The notes below the pieces were generated by a model. It saw only the letters and a program-made list of their open reading frames with translations, had not been told where the DNA came from and did not search any database. Of a stretch of DNA of 64,000 nt, positions 47,392 to 58,317 are shown in pieces. The position numbers and the translations under genes were made by a program. This stretch comes from a candidate division FCPU426 bacterium (lineage in GTDB: Bacteria > Oederibacteriota > Muellerivitia > Muellerivitales > Muellerivitaceae), in contig CAWCKJ010000004.1 in the NCBI GenBank assembly GCA_963796105.1, positions 1,376,001-1,440,000 of the forward strand. The letters run 5' to 3'. Every line of letters starts with the position of its first letter. Within the stretch, counting starts at the first letter, position 1.

Positions 47392-49419
47392 ATGAAAAAG
47401 CTTGTATATCTTTGGATTTCCTTTTTATTAATGGGTTTGGCTTACGCGCAAAACGCTCAACCCGTTCCAACCGCAGATAACTCCGCTCCCGCGATACCAG
47501 AAGCTTCACCCACCCCGCCGCCCTTCGTGCCAATCAACCACGCGCCCGTTACTTTGGGCGAAGTGGATGTCTATGGCGAAAGGGTTGGGATCTCCAATAA
47601 GGAAATTTCTCCCGCGAACATACAAAACATCCAGGACACAGGCAACCTGGGAAAGGCCATGGATGAATTGTCCGGGTTGGAGACCCAAGGGGAAGGTGTG
47701 GGCAAGACCTGGAACACCCTAGCCATTCGGGGACAGTCCTTCAGGGAAACGGTCATCCTGGTGAATGGGGCGCGTGTTCCGGAAAGCTTCAATTTGGGAA
47801 CCCTTTCCACCGAGGATGTCCAAAAAATAGAAGTCGTTGAGGGCCCCCAGGCCCTGGCATTTGGCTCCGACGCGGTAGGAGGCGTCCTCAACATCACTAC
47901 CAGATCGGAAGCGGATAATACTTTTCATCTTCAAGCCGCCGGCGGGGATTTCAATACTTACCAGTTTCAGGGCTCCCTGCCTACCTTCCAAATCGGGGGG
48001 GTGAAAAACAATCTGAGCGGTAGCTGGTACAACAGCGACGGCTACCTTCCCCAAGATACGTGGGTCAATCCGGCGAATGGGGTCACTTACAACTTTACCA
48101 ATGAACAGCATTGGGATATCAACCACTCCGCCTCCCTGGAAATGGACAACGCCAAGCTCAACCTTTCGAGCGGATTTTTCCGGCATATCGGCAACGCGCC
48201 GGACGCCGACAACCCGGTCGCGGCCGGAACGGACCAGTATGACATGGACGGTTACCAGGATTCCTGGGGCGTGCAGTCCGTCTTGAAAAGCGAGAGCAAC
48301 TTTGGTGGAATGCAATTGGAACCCATGTTTTACGGGAACTATTCGGACGTGCTTAGATCCAACCCCATCGGCCATGATCCTACCTCGGGGCAATACGATC
48401 CCTACCACAATCAATACCTGAATTACGGAGCGCAGGTTTATTTGCGCGGGACCCAGGCGAGCACCGGGACTCAAATTTATCTCGGCCTGGAAGCGAGGGA
48501 GGAATGCCTTTGGAGCGGACTGTACGGAACCTTTTACAGGAATGAGGATTCATTGGTGGCGGGACGGACCTTGAAATTGGAAGATTCCTTGCGCCTGAGC
48601 CTGGTCAACAACCTGGATTATTATTCCTATTACAACCTGGTGGACAATCCGTCGGGTACTCTGGTCTGGGAGGCGGATAAAAACTGTCAGATGCATTTAT
48701 CCGTGGGGAAGGGTTACCAGGTTCCCACCTACGACGAGATGTATCTGCCCAACACGAATTTCAGCCTGCTTCCGCCCGCCCATTTGCAGCAGATCTATGG
48801 GTCCAAGTTCACGATCTACGCGGGGGACAAGGGTAACCCGGATTTGAAACCCGAGGAATGCCTGAACAGTGAACTGGGGATGGACCTGAAATCCGGGTCA
48901 TTCCAGTTCCAAGTAGCGGGTTTTTTCAATTATTACTTTTGTTTGATCAATCCTGAGGTGGATCCGAAAGATAATTATTGGACTTATTTCAACCTGAACG
49001 GGGCTTTTTTCGCCGGTGTCGAGGGATTGGCAAAGTACAGTTTCAGCGGCCAAGCGTCCGCATATGTTTCCGGCACTTATGTGCGCGCCGTGGACAATAA
49101 CGGCGATGATATCCAGGGCAGGCTGAGGGCCAAAGTCGTCCTAGGCTTGGATCTAAAGCCTGAGAGCCAATGGTTCTTGGACTTGAACGCCCGTTACGTG
49201 GACCGTAACCAGGTTTCCATAGTGTACTTGACGGATTTCGGAATCCAGCCGCCTCCGACGGGTTATTGGGACCTGAACGCCAAAGCCCAGTATACCGTGT
49301 CCACTCACCTCAAAGGTTTTCTGGAAGTGGAAAATATCCTCAACAGCCAGATGGCGACTTTCCAGGGAATTCTTCTGCCAGGAAGGTATTTTCAAGGCGG
49401 GCTTCAAGGTGAGTTTTAA
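47392..49419 (+). CDS. TonB-dependent receptor (BtuB-like)
   Basis: Plug motifs IRG, ILVNG, IEVVEGP-x-A-x-x-FGSDAVGGVLNITT; GNPDLKPE; VENILN; PGR...F C-terminus. Confidence 0.92.
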   Translation: MKKLVYLWISFLLMGLAYAQNAQPVPTADNSAPAIPEASPTPPPFVPINHAPVTLGEVDVYGERVGISNKEISPANIQNIQDTGNLGKAMDELSGLETQGEGVGKTWNTLAIRGQSFRETVILVNGARVPESFNLGTLSTEDVQKIEVVEGPQALAFGSDAVGGVLNITTRSEADNTFHLQAAGGDFNTYQFQGSLPTFQIGGVKNNLSGSWYNSDGYLPQDTWVNPANGVTYNFTNEQHWDINHSASLEMDNAKLNLSSGFFRHIGNAPDADNPVAAGTDQYDMDGYQDSWGVQSVLKSESNFGGMQLEPMFYGNYSDVLRSNPIGHDPTSGQYDPYHNQYLNYGAQVYLRGTQASTGTQIYLGLEAREECLWSGLYGTFYRNEDSLVAGRTLKLEDSLRLSLVNNLDYYSYYNLVDNPSGTLVWEADKNCQMHLSVGKGYQVPTYDEMYLPNTNFSLLPPAHLQQIYGSKFTIYAGDKGNPDLKPEECLNSELGMDLKSGSFQFQVAGFFNYYFCLINPEVDPKDNYWTYFNLNGAFFAGVEGLAKYSFSGQASAYVSGTYVRAVDNNGDDIQGRLRAKVVLGLDLKPESQWFLDLNARYVDRNQVSIVYLTDFGIQPPPTGYWDLNAKAQYTVSTHLKGFLEVENILNSQMATFQGILLPGRYFQGGLQGEF

Positions 49420-49453
49420 TCCTGATTGGGATCGAGGGTTCAGCAGAGCATTT

Positions 49454-50161
49454 TCACCACTTTAGTGGTTTGCCGTCGTTGTAAAGGAATAGGGAAGTCT
49501 GGGCTATCGTCAGGGCCTTGGCCGTTTTCACAATGGCAGCCGCTGATTCCTCCGGGGCAAGGGAAGCGTTGGGGCCTCCCATATCCGTCCGAACCCATCC
49601 CGGGTCCATGCAAACAACGATGATTCCCTCCTGTTTGAAATCGAAGGCCATGGTGCGCGTGACCATGTTCAACGCGGCTTTTGAAACTCCATAAGCGTAG
49701 AAATGTCCCTCGCTTTTTCCTGCCAGGGAAGCAAGCCCTGAAGTCGTGTTCACGACGCGCGGCTTTTTCGACTTGCGAAGAAGGGGAAGGAAGGCGCGAG
49801 TGACTCGCATGGGCCCCAGAACGTTCACCTCAAAAGCGTCCCTGCTTTTCTGGAGATCGAGTTTTTCCAGGCTCGCGTCATAGGGGGGAGGGGAGATGCC
49901 GGCGTTATTGAAGAGGATATCCAAGTAGGAGGTTTTTTGGGCTATCTCTTGGGCGGCGGCTTCCACCTGTGAGTCCGAATCCACGCCCATGGTGAGAATC
50001 TCGAGAGTGTTCGGATTTGATTTTTTCAAAGCTTGAAGTTCTGAAGCCTGCTGGGGCTGGCGGCATGCCGCGAATACCCGGTCCCCCTGACTCAGCAAAG
50101 CCTGAGTGACCGCCAGACCGATTCCTCGGTTGGCTCCTGTGACAAGGATGTTTTCGGGCAT
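49454..50161 (-). CDS. Short-chain dehydrogenase/reductase (CsgA-like)
   Basis: TGANRGIG, NNAG, YGVSK (YxxxK), PGWVRTDMGG. Confidence 0.93.
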   Translation of the reverse strand: MPENILVTGANRGIGLAVTQALLSQGDRVFAACRQPQQASELQALKKSNPNTLEILTMGVDSDSQVEAAAQEIAQKTSYLDILFNNAGISPPPYDASLEKLDLQKSRDAFEVNVLGPMRVTRAFLPLLRKSKKPRVVNTTSGLASLAGKSEGHFYAYGVSKAALNMVTRTMAFDFKQEGIIVVCMDPGWVRTDMGGPNASLAPEESAAAIVKTAKALTIAQTSLFLYNDGKPLKW

Positions 50162-50659
50162 TTGTACTCCTGTTCTTTTTTCAATTTTAACTTCGGGATT
50201 TTGGGAAGCAATCAAATGGTAGCGTTTCCAGCTTGATTGTGGAAACAAAAACTTGAACTGATTTCATCTCGGAGTGTCCCGATAAAAGGGATTCTTTTCC
50301 TTTGGGGTAGTTGATGAAAGACCAAAATCCGGAAATTTTTTACCTGTGGAATAAAGACAAACCATTCTGAGCAATAGCGAACTGCTCGTCTGGCTGAAGG
50401 GATTCAAACGGACTCCGGAAAAGTAAGCCAGTTTGCCCGAATTCAAGTGCGGCGGGTTTTTCCGATGTGTCAAAATCCCCGAGAGGAAGTAACCAAAACC
50501 CGCAGCCAATGACCTTATTTGTATTAGCCCAATCCACCTGTAACCGGATGATTTAAAACCGTTTATCCTCCGGTAATTTGTTGAAGCGAATTAAGCGCCG
50601 GAGTCCATCGACCGGTTGAATAACTTGGCGTGAAGAACCACCTATGATAGGCTCAGAAC

Positions 50660-52453
50660 ATGAGTCCGAAGCTTTCACGAAATTCACCCACCCTCCGCAA
50701 CCTTCTGGTTCAAGAAGGATTCTTGTCCATTCTTAAATATTATGTTGATTTAAATTGTTCAGTTGTCTCATTTACTCCTGGCAGATTTTGGGTTCCCATT
50801 CACCAACATCAAAGAACGGCGACTTTTTTTGATTTGGAAAAAAAATACGGACTAGTTAGAAAACTGGATGAAGTTAATAATCCCTATTTCCGCTCCGCGT
50901 ATCAGGAAAAGCGCACTGTCCTGGGTGAATATCTGGATTTTGGATTTTATGATCTTTTCGTTCCCGTGGTCCGGGAGGATCGTTGCTTGGGCATGGTAAT
51001 CTCCGGAGTTTTTAAAAACCAAGAATGGACCAGACAAAAGCTGGAGGATAGCTGGTTGAAAATAAGCCGCCAGGAAACCACCTCGGATCATCCGGGATTC
51101 TTGGAATTCGTACGGATCGCCCTTGAAACCCCGGTTTTGGAAGGGGATGGTTACTTGGCTTATCGCGAGGCCATGGAAATCTTCTCGCGAATTTTGAGCG
51201 GGGAAAAGCCGCGATCAAAGAAGGACCATCTGAGGGAGCTTAAAGTAAAAGTATTCTCCAAAATATTTCCACATAGTTTTTGGATGGATTGGGCATTGGT
51301 CCGAAAGCCCGTTATGCAACCCTGGGGGATTGAAGTGCAAGAATTGGATTGGGTCAGGGAGGAAATCGGAATTACCCGAATTCCGACAACTGTCATTGCG
51401 GCCATACCCATTAAACCATCCGGAGGAAAAATCGATCCGGTTGCCGAGATGCTGCGGATTCACAGCTTACAACGACTGAGTTTTGATTTCGCCAAGACAC
51501 TGCCTCAAACGGTATGCGGAAAACTTGAGAACTACGGAGTGATTTTTGTTACCTCTGCGGATCCCGCCAAAAATCGCATACAGCGTAAAAACCAAATCGA
51601 GGAGACTGCTCGAAAAATTCACAAGTTTTCCTTGGATACTTTAGGGGGGGCCGCGCTGGTTGGAATTGGGGAAACGGTTTCTCCTGGCGAGCCTTTGAAT
51701 CGTTCCTATCGGCAAGCCGTGTTAGCCCTGCATTTGGGGAGCTATACCGGTAAGGAAGTGGTATTTTTCGATACCGCGCGCGAACCGGAAGCCGAGGGTT
51801 TATCGGAGCTCAGGCGGGTCCTGTTGGAATTAAAAAGGCAGCTGGTTGTCGCCTCATATTCAGACATGGAAATGATATTAGATGGATATTTAAAAATGGT
51901 TCTAACCCTCTCTTTCAGGAGTCCGGATGAGATCAGATGGCATTTACAATATGCGCTCATCCAATTAGTCGAGGCTGTCCGCGACCGCTCCGATTTACAC
52001 GAGCAAGAAGCCAATTGGCTCCACCAAAACCTTGCGCGCACTTTGGAAAAGGCCGTAACCACGCAAGAAATGATTTTGGCTTTTCGGGAATCGTTGTCGA
52101 AGCTTTCTGAAAGATTCGGAAAATTTAAGACGCTTAAGGAGGTTTATTCGATCGAGAAAACAAAGGATTATATTGATGTTCATTTTCGGGAGCCCTTAAG
52201 AGTGTCAAAGTTAGCGAAATTCACGGGCGTTTCCAGATCAACCTTTAGCCGCCGGTTCAAAAGGTTAACCGGGATGGGGTTGGAGACTTACATGCAAAAG
52301 CTTCGTTTGGATGAAGCGAAACGGCTATTGAAGACCAGCGGACTGCCTGTAGCCAGAATCGGGCAATATTGCGGATTTAAATCGGCATCATATTTCATAC
52401 ATTTATTCCAAAATAAAACAGGATTATCTCCCCGAAAATTCCGCCAGAAATAA
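50660..52453 (+). CDS. AraC-family regulator (PocR-like sensor, CdaR/GGDEF-like middle, AraC HTH)
   Basis: DLFVPV...LG-x-x-x-SG; VGIG...SYRQAVLAL; C-terminal FSRRFK-x-x-TG...RLDEAKRLL...CGF-x-S-x-SYF...G-x-SP. Confidence 0.9.
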   Translation: MSPKLSRNSPTLRNLLVQEGFLSILKYYVDLNCSVVSFTPGRFWVPIHQHQRTATFFDLEKKYGLVRKLDEVNNPYFRSAYQEKRTVLGEYLDFGFYDLFVPVVREDRCLGMVISGVFKNQEWTRQKLEDSWLKISRQETTSDHPGFLEFVRIALETPVLEGDGYLAYREAMEIFSRILSGEKPRSKKDHLRELKVKVFSKIFPHSFWMDWALVRKPVMQPWGIEVQELDWVREEIGITRIPTTVIAAIPIKPSGGKIDPVAEMLRIHSLQRLSFDFAKTLPQTVCGKLENYGVIFVTSADPAKNRIQRKNQIEETARKIHKFSLDTLGGAALVGIGETVSPGEPLNRSYRQAVLALHLGSYTGKEVVFFDTAREPEAEGLSELRRVLLELKRQLVVASYSDMEMILDGYLKMVLTLSFRSPDEIRWHLQYALIQLVEAVRDRSDLHEQEANWLHQNLARTLEKAVTTQEMILAFRESLSKLSERFGKFKTLKEVYSIEKTKDYIDVHFREPLRVSKLAKFTGVSRSTFSRRFKRLTGMGLETYMQKLRLDEAKRLLKTSGLPVARIGQYCGFKSASYFIHLFQNKTGLSPRKFRQK

Positions 52454-52720
52454 AGTGCGTTAGTTCAACCCGCCTAAGTATTTTCCTTCGTTTTGTGGAA
52501 CAGGACATGCCCTCGCCGATTAAACGAGAAACTTCCCTAAAAAATAAAGGTTCAATGCCGAGTGAAATTAAAAGCAATTATAATGACATAAAAAAGACAG
52601 TTACTTTGATTCGGGTTCGTGTTATTCCCAAGAAAGGGGGGTATATTTACTTTAAATTAATAATAAAAACCCTTTCATGCGGGGCGGTTTAAGCCCTTTT
52701 TGCATTGGTTGGAGAGTATC

Positions 52721-55700
52721 GTGACCGATATTCGCAAAAAAAAATTAAAACGTTTTTTATTTTGCCACACTAGGCGTGTCAATTTTTTTCTAAATGTAAC
52801 CGGTTTTATTCTTTCCGCCTTAATCATTCCTGCCGCATGGCCTTCTCATGTTTGGGCCACAACCTCCACCGTCACAGTCAACGCTTCCAGCGTAAGTGTA
52901 GTTCTTCCCAACACCCTTTTCGGACAAAACTATGCCGTTTATGACGGCTCGGCTACGGTGGGAAATACCGCCTATGTTCAGGCCGTATCGGCCATGGGCG
53001 CCTATCAACTTCGCTATCCAGGCGGAGGCTATGGTGACATGATCAATTGGAACAACGTTACCTGCCAGGCTTCCTATATGCCCACCATCGCCCAAAGCGT
53101 TTCCTTCGCAAGCGCGGCGGGTATTGTCCTTCAACCTATCGTGAATTATGCGGGGTATTGGTGTAGCGCATCAAACGGTCATACAGCTGCTGTAAGCTTG
53201 GCGGCGGCATGGGTGACTTATATGAATAAAAGCCCGGCCGCCATGCCCACCACTTACTGGGAGGTCGGGAATGAGACCTTTGTTAGCGGGGAGGAAGGCT
53301 ACACCTCGGATGACAACGCTGGCGGGACCACATACGGCAATAATTTTGTGGATTTTTACAACTCGATGAAGGCAGTGGATCCTAACATCAAAATCGGCGC
53401 GCAATGCCAATTCGACCATGCGGCCTTTTCGCAAGGGGCCGTCACGGCTATCAAGGCCAAGGGTGTCACTATGGACTTTATCATTTCGCACTCCTACCCG
53501 ATTTATAACGCCACAGACTCGACCGCAGAGGACACTACACTCTTGACCACCGACGTCACTGCGGCTACCACCCAAACCACCGCTTTGAATAACATTCTCT
53601 CAGCCGCGGGTTATCCTACCACCATCCCAAAGTGGATGACCGAGTATCGTTCCAGTGTGCCCGAAAACAAGGCTGTCGAATGGGTGGACTCCATGTGGGT
53701 GGCTCAATACCTTTTGGAACTCGGCAGAAACGGCTGGCAAGGCGCAAACGTTTGGGACATCAAAAACGGTTTCAACACCTCCTATACGTCCGATTATGGT
53801 CTCTTGCGTTCTGGAAGCGGGAATTCCGACGATGCCGCCAACCAGGTCAATACCCCGCGCCCGACCTGGTATGTTTATCCATTTCTTTCCAGGGTATTTG
53901 GCCGGAATTTAGTGAACAGTAGTTCAAGCTCGGCCAGCTTGGGTTGCTGGTCCTCAACGGATTCGTCAGGAAATTTAACCGTTTTTATGGTCAACAATGA
54001 TTTCTCCAACGCTTGCACCGTGACGGTTTCTGTCACCGGCTACACGCCCGGTACCGCTGGTTCCATTTGGACCCTTCAACCTGGTGGGACCACGAAATCC
54101 GGCGGAACTACCCCTGTTGAACAGCTGCGTGGCGTGACCATTAACGGGACATTTAATCCCGCGGTCTCCGCCATCCCCGGCACCGGAAATTCCATCACAA
54201 CCGGATCTAGTTTCCCTGTTACGGTTCCGATCGCATCCATGGTTCTGGTGAAAGTCCCTTCCGGCGGATCGCCTGTGCCAACCAATACTTTAACCAGGAC
54301 CTACACGCCGACCATAACACCCACTTTGACAAGGACTCCAACCGCCACCCCAACCCAATGTATCGTCGTGTTCAATGGTTGCAACACCGCTACTGACAAC
54401 GGAACCTGGAGCGGGACTGTCGGCACCCGAACTTTCATCACTTCCGGCTATCCAACAGGGGCCTTGACCGAGGGAACCGGGCTCATGAAAGTGGCTGTGG
54501 GCGCTACGACCCTTACCTGGGATAACGCACTTTTTAACCTTGCTGGTTTTACGCCGTCCTCATTCACTGGGTTTGTCCAATTGACCCTGGACCTCAACAT
54601 TGACGCTGGAATCACTAACCTCTGGGGAAGTTATCATACGATGCAGTTAGTCGCCGATTCCTCGACCAATAACCTTTATTCAGTAAGCATATCCTCCACT
54701 CAACCCAATCTTGTGGCCGGACAACAAACGCTGGTATTTAATTTGGATTATCCGGCGAGTATTACCTCCGCCATGCCCTTATCTACACTTTATTTTGTAT
54801 TAAATACCGGAAGCGCGGTTACGGGCATTAATATGTATGTGGATAACATTCGGTTATTGTCCTCTTGCGGTGTGCCGACAGCGACAGCAACCCCCACTCA
54901 AACCAACACGCCCACCCGAACGTCAACACCTACGGTGACCCCTACGCTAACCAACACTAGGACGAACACGGCCACGAATACCGCTACCGCGACTCCCACT
55001 CCGTCCCCAACCAGCACCCGCACCAATACACCCACGAATACGGCGACCAGTACCCAGACGAACACATTCACCAGCACCCCGACCTTGACCGCGACGAGGA
55101 CGAATACATCCACCAATACCGCCACCAATACGGCAACAGCCACCCTTACTCCGACCAGGACGAATACCGCCACCAATACCGCTACGGCTACCCTAACAAA
55201 CACATCTACCAACACCTCCACTAACAGCCCTACGCTCACAGCCACCGCGACGAGGACGAATACATCCACCAGTACGGCCACCAATACGGCTACAGCCACC
55301 CTTACTCCGACCAGGACGAATACCGCCACCAACACCGCCACGGCTACCCTAACAAACACATCTACCAACACCACCACAAACAGCCCTACACTCACGGCCA
55401 CCGCGACGCGGACGAATACTTCCACCAGCACGGCCACCAATACGGCGACTCTTACCACCACTCCAACCAGGACCAATACACCGACTAATACGGTGACCTC
55501 CACACCCACGAATACTCTGACCAATACCGCCACCAATACGGCGACATTAACTCCTACTCCGACCAGGACTAATACCGCGACCAATACGGTTACGGCCACT
55601 TTGACGAACACCTCTACCAGCACATCCACCAATACGCCGACGCCCACCCCAACCCCAACCAGGACAAACACTTCTACCAATACAGCCACAGCCACGATGA

Positions 55701-58279
55701 CGAATACATCTACCAATACCGCCACAAACACCCTGACGCTTACCCCGACTGCGACCCGAACGAACACGCCGACTAATACTTTGACATCCACATTTACAAG
55801 CACCCCGACTAACACCGCCACCAATACTCCGACAAGCACTTCGACTCCGACGAGGACCAATACGCCGACTAATACGTCCACAAACACCCCGACTCCAACA
55901 CCCAGCAATACCCCCACGAACACATCCACCAACACGAGGACGAATACCCCCACCAATACCTTGACTTCGACGAACACGAATACGCCGACAGTGACGCCTA
56001 CCGCCACCTATACCAGCACGGGGACCACGTCCCCCACGAATACGCCCACTATCACGCCGACCAGGACCAATACACCCACCCCGACGAATACCTCGACTTT
56101 CACTCCGACCCCAACCGTGACGAACACGTCCACCAATACTCCGACAGCCACGCCGACCAGAACCCCAACGCCCACATCCACCAACACCGCGACCCCGACG
56201 AATACTTCAACGAATACGCCTACTTCAACATCGACTAATACTTTTACAAACACAGCCACCAACACGAGGACCAACACACCCACTAATACCTCGACTCCAA
56301 CGAACACGAATACGCCGACAGTGACGCCTACCGCGACCAATACCAACACGGGGACCACGTCCCCCACGAATACGCCCACTATCACGCCTACCAGGACCAA
56401 TACATCCACCCCGACGAATACCTCGACTTCCACTGCGACACCAACCGTGACGAACACGTCCACCAATACGCCGACCAGAACATCCACGCCGACATCCACG
56501 AATACTTCGGCTTCCACGGCTACTGCGACTCCGACCAGCACCTTTACGAGTACGGCCACCAATACCAGGACCAACACACCCACTAATACCTCGACTCCAA
56601 CAAACACGAATACGCCGACGGTGACGCCTACCGCCACCAGTACCAACACAGGGACACAATCACCCACCAACACGCCGACAGTCACACCCACCTATACGAG
56701 CACACCAACACGCACTTCGACGCCCACGCCGACGAATACCTCAACATTCACCCCGACGCCGACAGCGACCAACACAACCACCAACACGCCGACTCGAACC
56801 CCAACGTTTACCCCCACCAACACCCTCACCGCGACCAATACGGCGACTTTCACGCTGACGAATACACCCACTCCAACGCAGACAAATACATTCACGAGTA
56901 CAGCCACCAACACCAAGACGAACACGCCCACCAATACAGCCACAACGACGAACACGAATACGCCGACAGTGACGCCTACCGCCACCAATACCAACACAGG
57001 GACACAATCACCTACCAACACGCCGACAGTCACACCCACCTATACGAACACTCCAACACGCACTTCGACGCCCACGCCGACGAATACCTCGACAGCTACG
57101 CCGACTCCAACGTCGACCAATACACCCACCAACACGCCAACCGACACGGCAACTAAGACTCCTACTCCTACGGCTACCAACACCGCTACCCCGACGCGCA
57201 CTTCCACAAATACGATGACCTCGACGCCCACCAATACATTCACGAGTACAGCCACCAGCACCAAGACGAACACGCCCACCAATACCGCGACCCCGACGAA
57301 CACGAATACGCCGACGGTGACGCCTACCGCCACCAATACCAACACAGGGACACAATCACCTACCAACACGCCGACAGTCACATCCACCTATACGAACACT
57401 CCAACACGCACCTCATCTCCCACTGCGACGAATACCTCAACAGCTACACCGACTCCGACTGCCACCAACACCTCCACGAACACTCCGACTTTCACTTTCA
57501 CGAATACGCCTTCTTCCACGCCTACGGCGACATTTACATCAACGTCTACCCCAACTTATACCTGGACGAATACACCGACGAACACGTTGACTCCGACTGT
57601 GAGCTTCACGCCAACGAATACGAATACCGGAACTCAATCGCCCACCCACACACCGACGGTGACGTTAACCTACACCCATACACCGACTAACACGCTCACC
57701 CCGACGATGACGAATACGCCGACGCCCACCAACACCTTTACAAACACATCCACCCCTACCTTTACCAGCACCAAGACCAATACACCCACGAATACAGCCA
57801 CCCTCACGCCAACCTCCAGCTTCACCCCTACGTCGACGAGGACATGGACCAATACCCCGACAGCAACAGCCACCGGGACCCCCACGGCTACCTACACGGC
57901 AACGTTCACTCTCACTAAGACGCCGTCCCCCACGCCGACTTTCACCGCCTCATACACTCCGACGGCTACTTTGACGGGAACTCCGACACCGGTTGGCAAA
58001 AATAGCGTGGTCATCTATCCAAATCCGGTTAACGGAACGGAACCAGTGACGATCCAGATCACCCTGAAGCAAAGTGAGCCGTTGGTTCGAATCGAGATAT
58101 TTACAGTGTCCTTCAGGAAGGTGAACGAGATTGACAGGACCCAAGTGCCTGTGGGGGTGACGGAAGTCCCACTCCCCCTGATGGACAAGGCGGGGAAGCC
58201 CCTTTCCAACGGAATCTACTACGTGGTGGTTCAGACACCCCAGGGACGCCTCGTCGCTAAATTGCTTGTTTTGAGATGA
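52721..58279 (+). CDS. Giant secreted clan-A glycoside hydrolase + CBM-like domain + ~1040-aa Thr-rich stalk + T9SS-like CTD
   Basis: LRYPGG, YWEVGNE, HSYP, MTEY, DYGLL; jelly-roll-like domain ending YVDNIRL; T-x repeats ~54870-57990; tail IYPNP...NGIYYV...KLLVLR. GTG start after GGAGAG. Confidence 0.88.
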   Translation: MTDIRKKKLKRFLFCHTRRVNFFLNVTGFILSALIIPAAWPSHVWATTSTVTVNASSVSVVLPNTLFGQNYAVYDGSATVGNTAYVQAVSAMGAYQLRYPGGGYGDMINWNNVTCQASYMPTIAQSVSFASAAGIVLQPIVNYAGYWCSASNGHTAAVSLAAAWVTYMNKSPAAMPTTYWEVGNETFVSGEEGYTSDDNAGGTTYGNNFVDFYNSMKAVDPNIKIGAQCQFDHAAFSQGAVTAIKAKGVTMDFIISHSYPIYNATDSTAEDTTLLTTDVTAATTQTTALNNILSAAGYPTTIPKWMTEYRSSVPENKAVEWVDSMWVAQYLLELGRNGWQGANVWDIKNGFNTSYTSDYGLLRSGSGNSDDAANQVNTPRPTWYVYPFLSRVFGRNLVNSSSSSASLGCWSSTDSSGNLTVFMVNNDFSNACTVTVSVTGYTPGTAGSIWTLQPGGTTKSGGTTPVEQLRGVTINGTFNPAVSAIPGTGNSITTGSSFPVTVPIASMVLVKVPSGGSPVPTNTLTRTYTPTITPTLTRTPTATPTQCIVVFNGCNTATDNGTWSGTVGTRTFITSGYPTGALTEGTGLMKVAVGATTLTWDNALFNLAGFTPSSFTGFVQLTLDLNIDAGITNLWGSYHTMQLVADSSTNNLYSVSISSTQPNLVAGQQTLVFNLDYPASITSAMPLSTLYFVLNTGSAVTGINMYVDNIRLLSSCGVPTATATPTQTNTPTRTSTPTVTPTLTNTRTNTATNTATATPTPSPTSTRTNTPTNTATSTQTNTFTSTPTLTATRTNTSTNTATNTATATLTPTRTNTATNTATATLTNTSTNTSTNSPTLTATATRTNTSTSTATNTATATLTPTRTNTATNTATATLTNTSTNTTTNSPTLTATATRTNTSTSTATNTATLTTTPTRTNTPTNTVTSTPTNTLTNTATNTATLTPTPTRTNTATNTVTATLTNTSTSTSTNTPTPTPTPTRTNTSTNTATATMTNTSTNTATNTLTLTPTATRTNTPTNTLTSTFTSTPTNTATNTPTSTSTPTRTNTPTNTSTNTPTPTPSNTPTNTSTNTRTNTPTNTLTSTNTNTPTVTPTATYTSTGTTSPTNTPTITPTRTNTPTPTNTSTFTPTPTVTNTSTNTPTATPTRTPTPTSTNTATPTNTSTNTPTSTSTNTFTNTATNTRTNTPTNTSTPTNTNTPTVTPTATNTNTGTTSPTNTPTITPTRTNTSTPTNTSTSTATPTVTNTSTNTPTRTSTPTSTNTSASTATATPTSTFTSTATNTRTNTPTNTSTPTNTNTPTVTPTATSTNTGTQSPTNTPTVTPTYTSTPTRTSTPTPTNTSTFTPTPTATNTTTNTPTRTPTFTPTNTLTATNTATFTLTNTPTPTQTNTFTSTATNTKTNTPTNTATTTNTNTPTVTPTATNTNTGTQSPTNTPTVTPTYTNTPTRTSTPTPTNTSTATPTPTSTNTPTNTPTDTATKTPTPTATNTATPTRTSTNTMTSTPTNTFTSTATSTKTNTPTNTATPTNTNTPTVTPTATNTNTGTQSPTNTPTVTSTYTNTPTRTSSPTATNTSTATPTPTATNTSTNTPTFTFTNTPSSTPTATFTSTSTPTYTWTNTPTNTLTPTVSFTPTNTNTGTQSPTHTPTVTLTYTHTPTNTLTPTMTNTPTPTNTFTNTSTPTFTSTKTNTPTNTATLTPTSSFTPTSTRTWTNTPTATATGTPTATYTATFTLTKTPSPTPTFTASYTPTATLTGTPTPVGKNSVVIYPNPVNGTEPVTIQITLKQSEPLVRIEIFTVSFRKVNEIDRTQVPVGVTEVPLPLMDKAGKPLSNGIYYVVVQTPQGRLVAKLLVLR

Positions 58280-58317
58280 CCTTATGTTTGGGGCTTTTGT
58301 GGGAGTAAAATACTTCC

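Noticed and set aside
50250..50650. Short minus-strand ORFs or a riboswitch upstream of the SDR and AraC genes
   Set aside because: No family motif or recognisable aptamer consensus.
54898..57885. Long Val/Gly-rich minus-strand ORFs resembling membrane proteins (also 62037-63917)
   Set aside because: They are antisense shadows of the ACN-rich Thr stalk codons.
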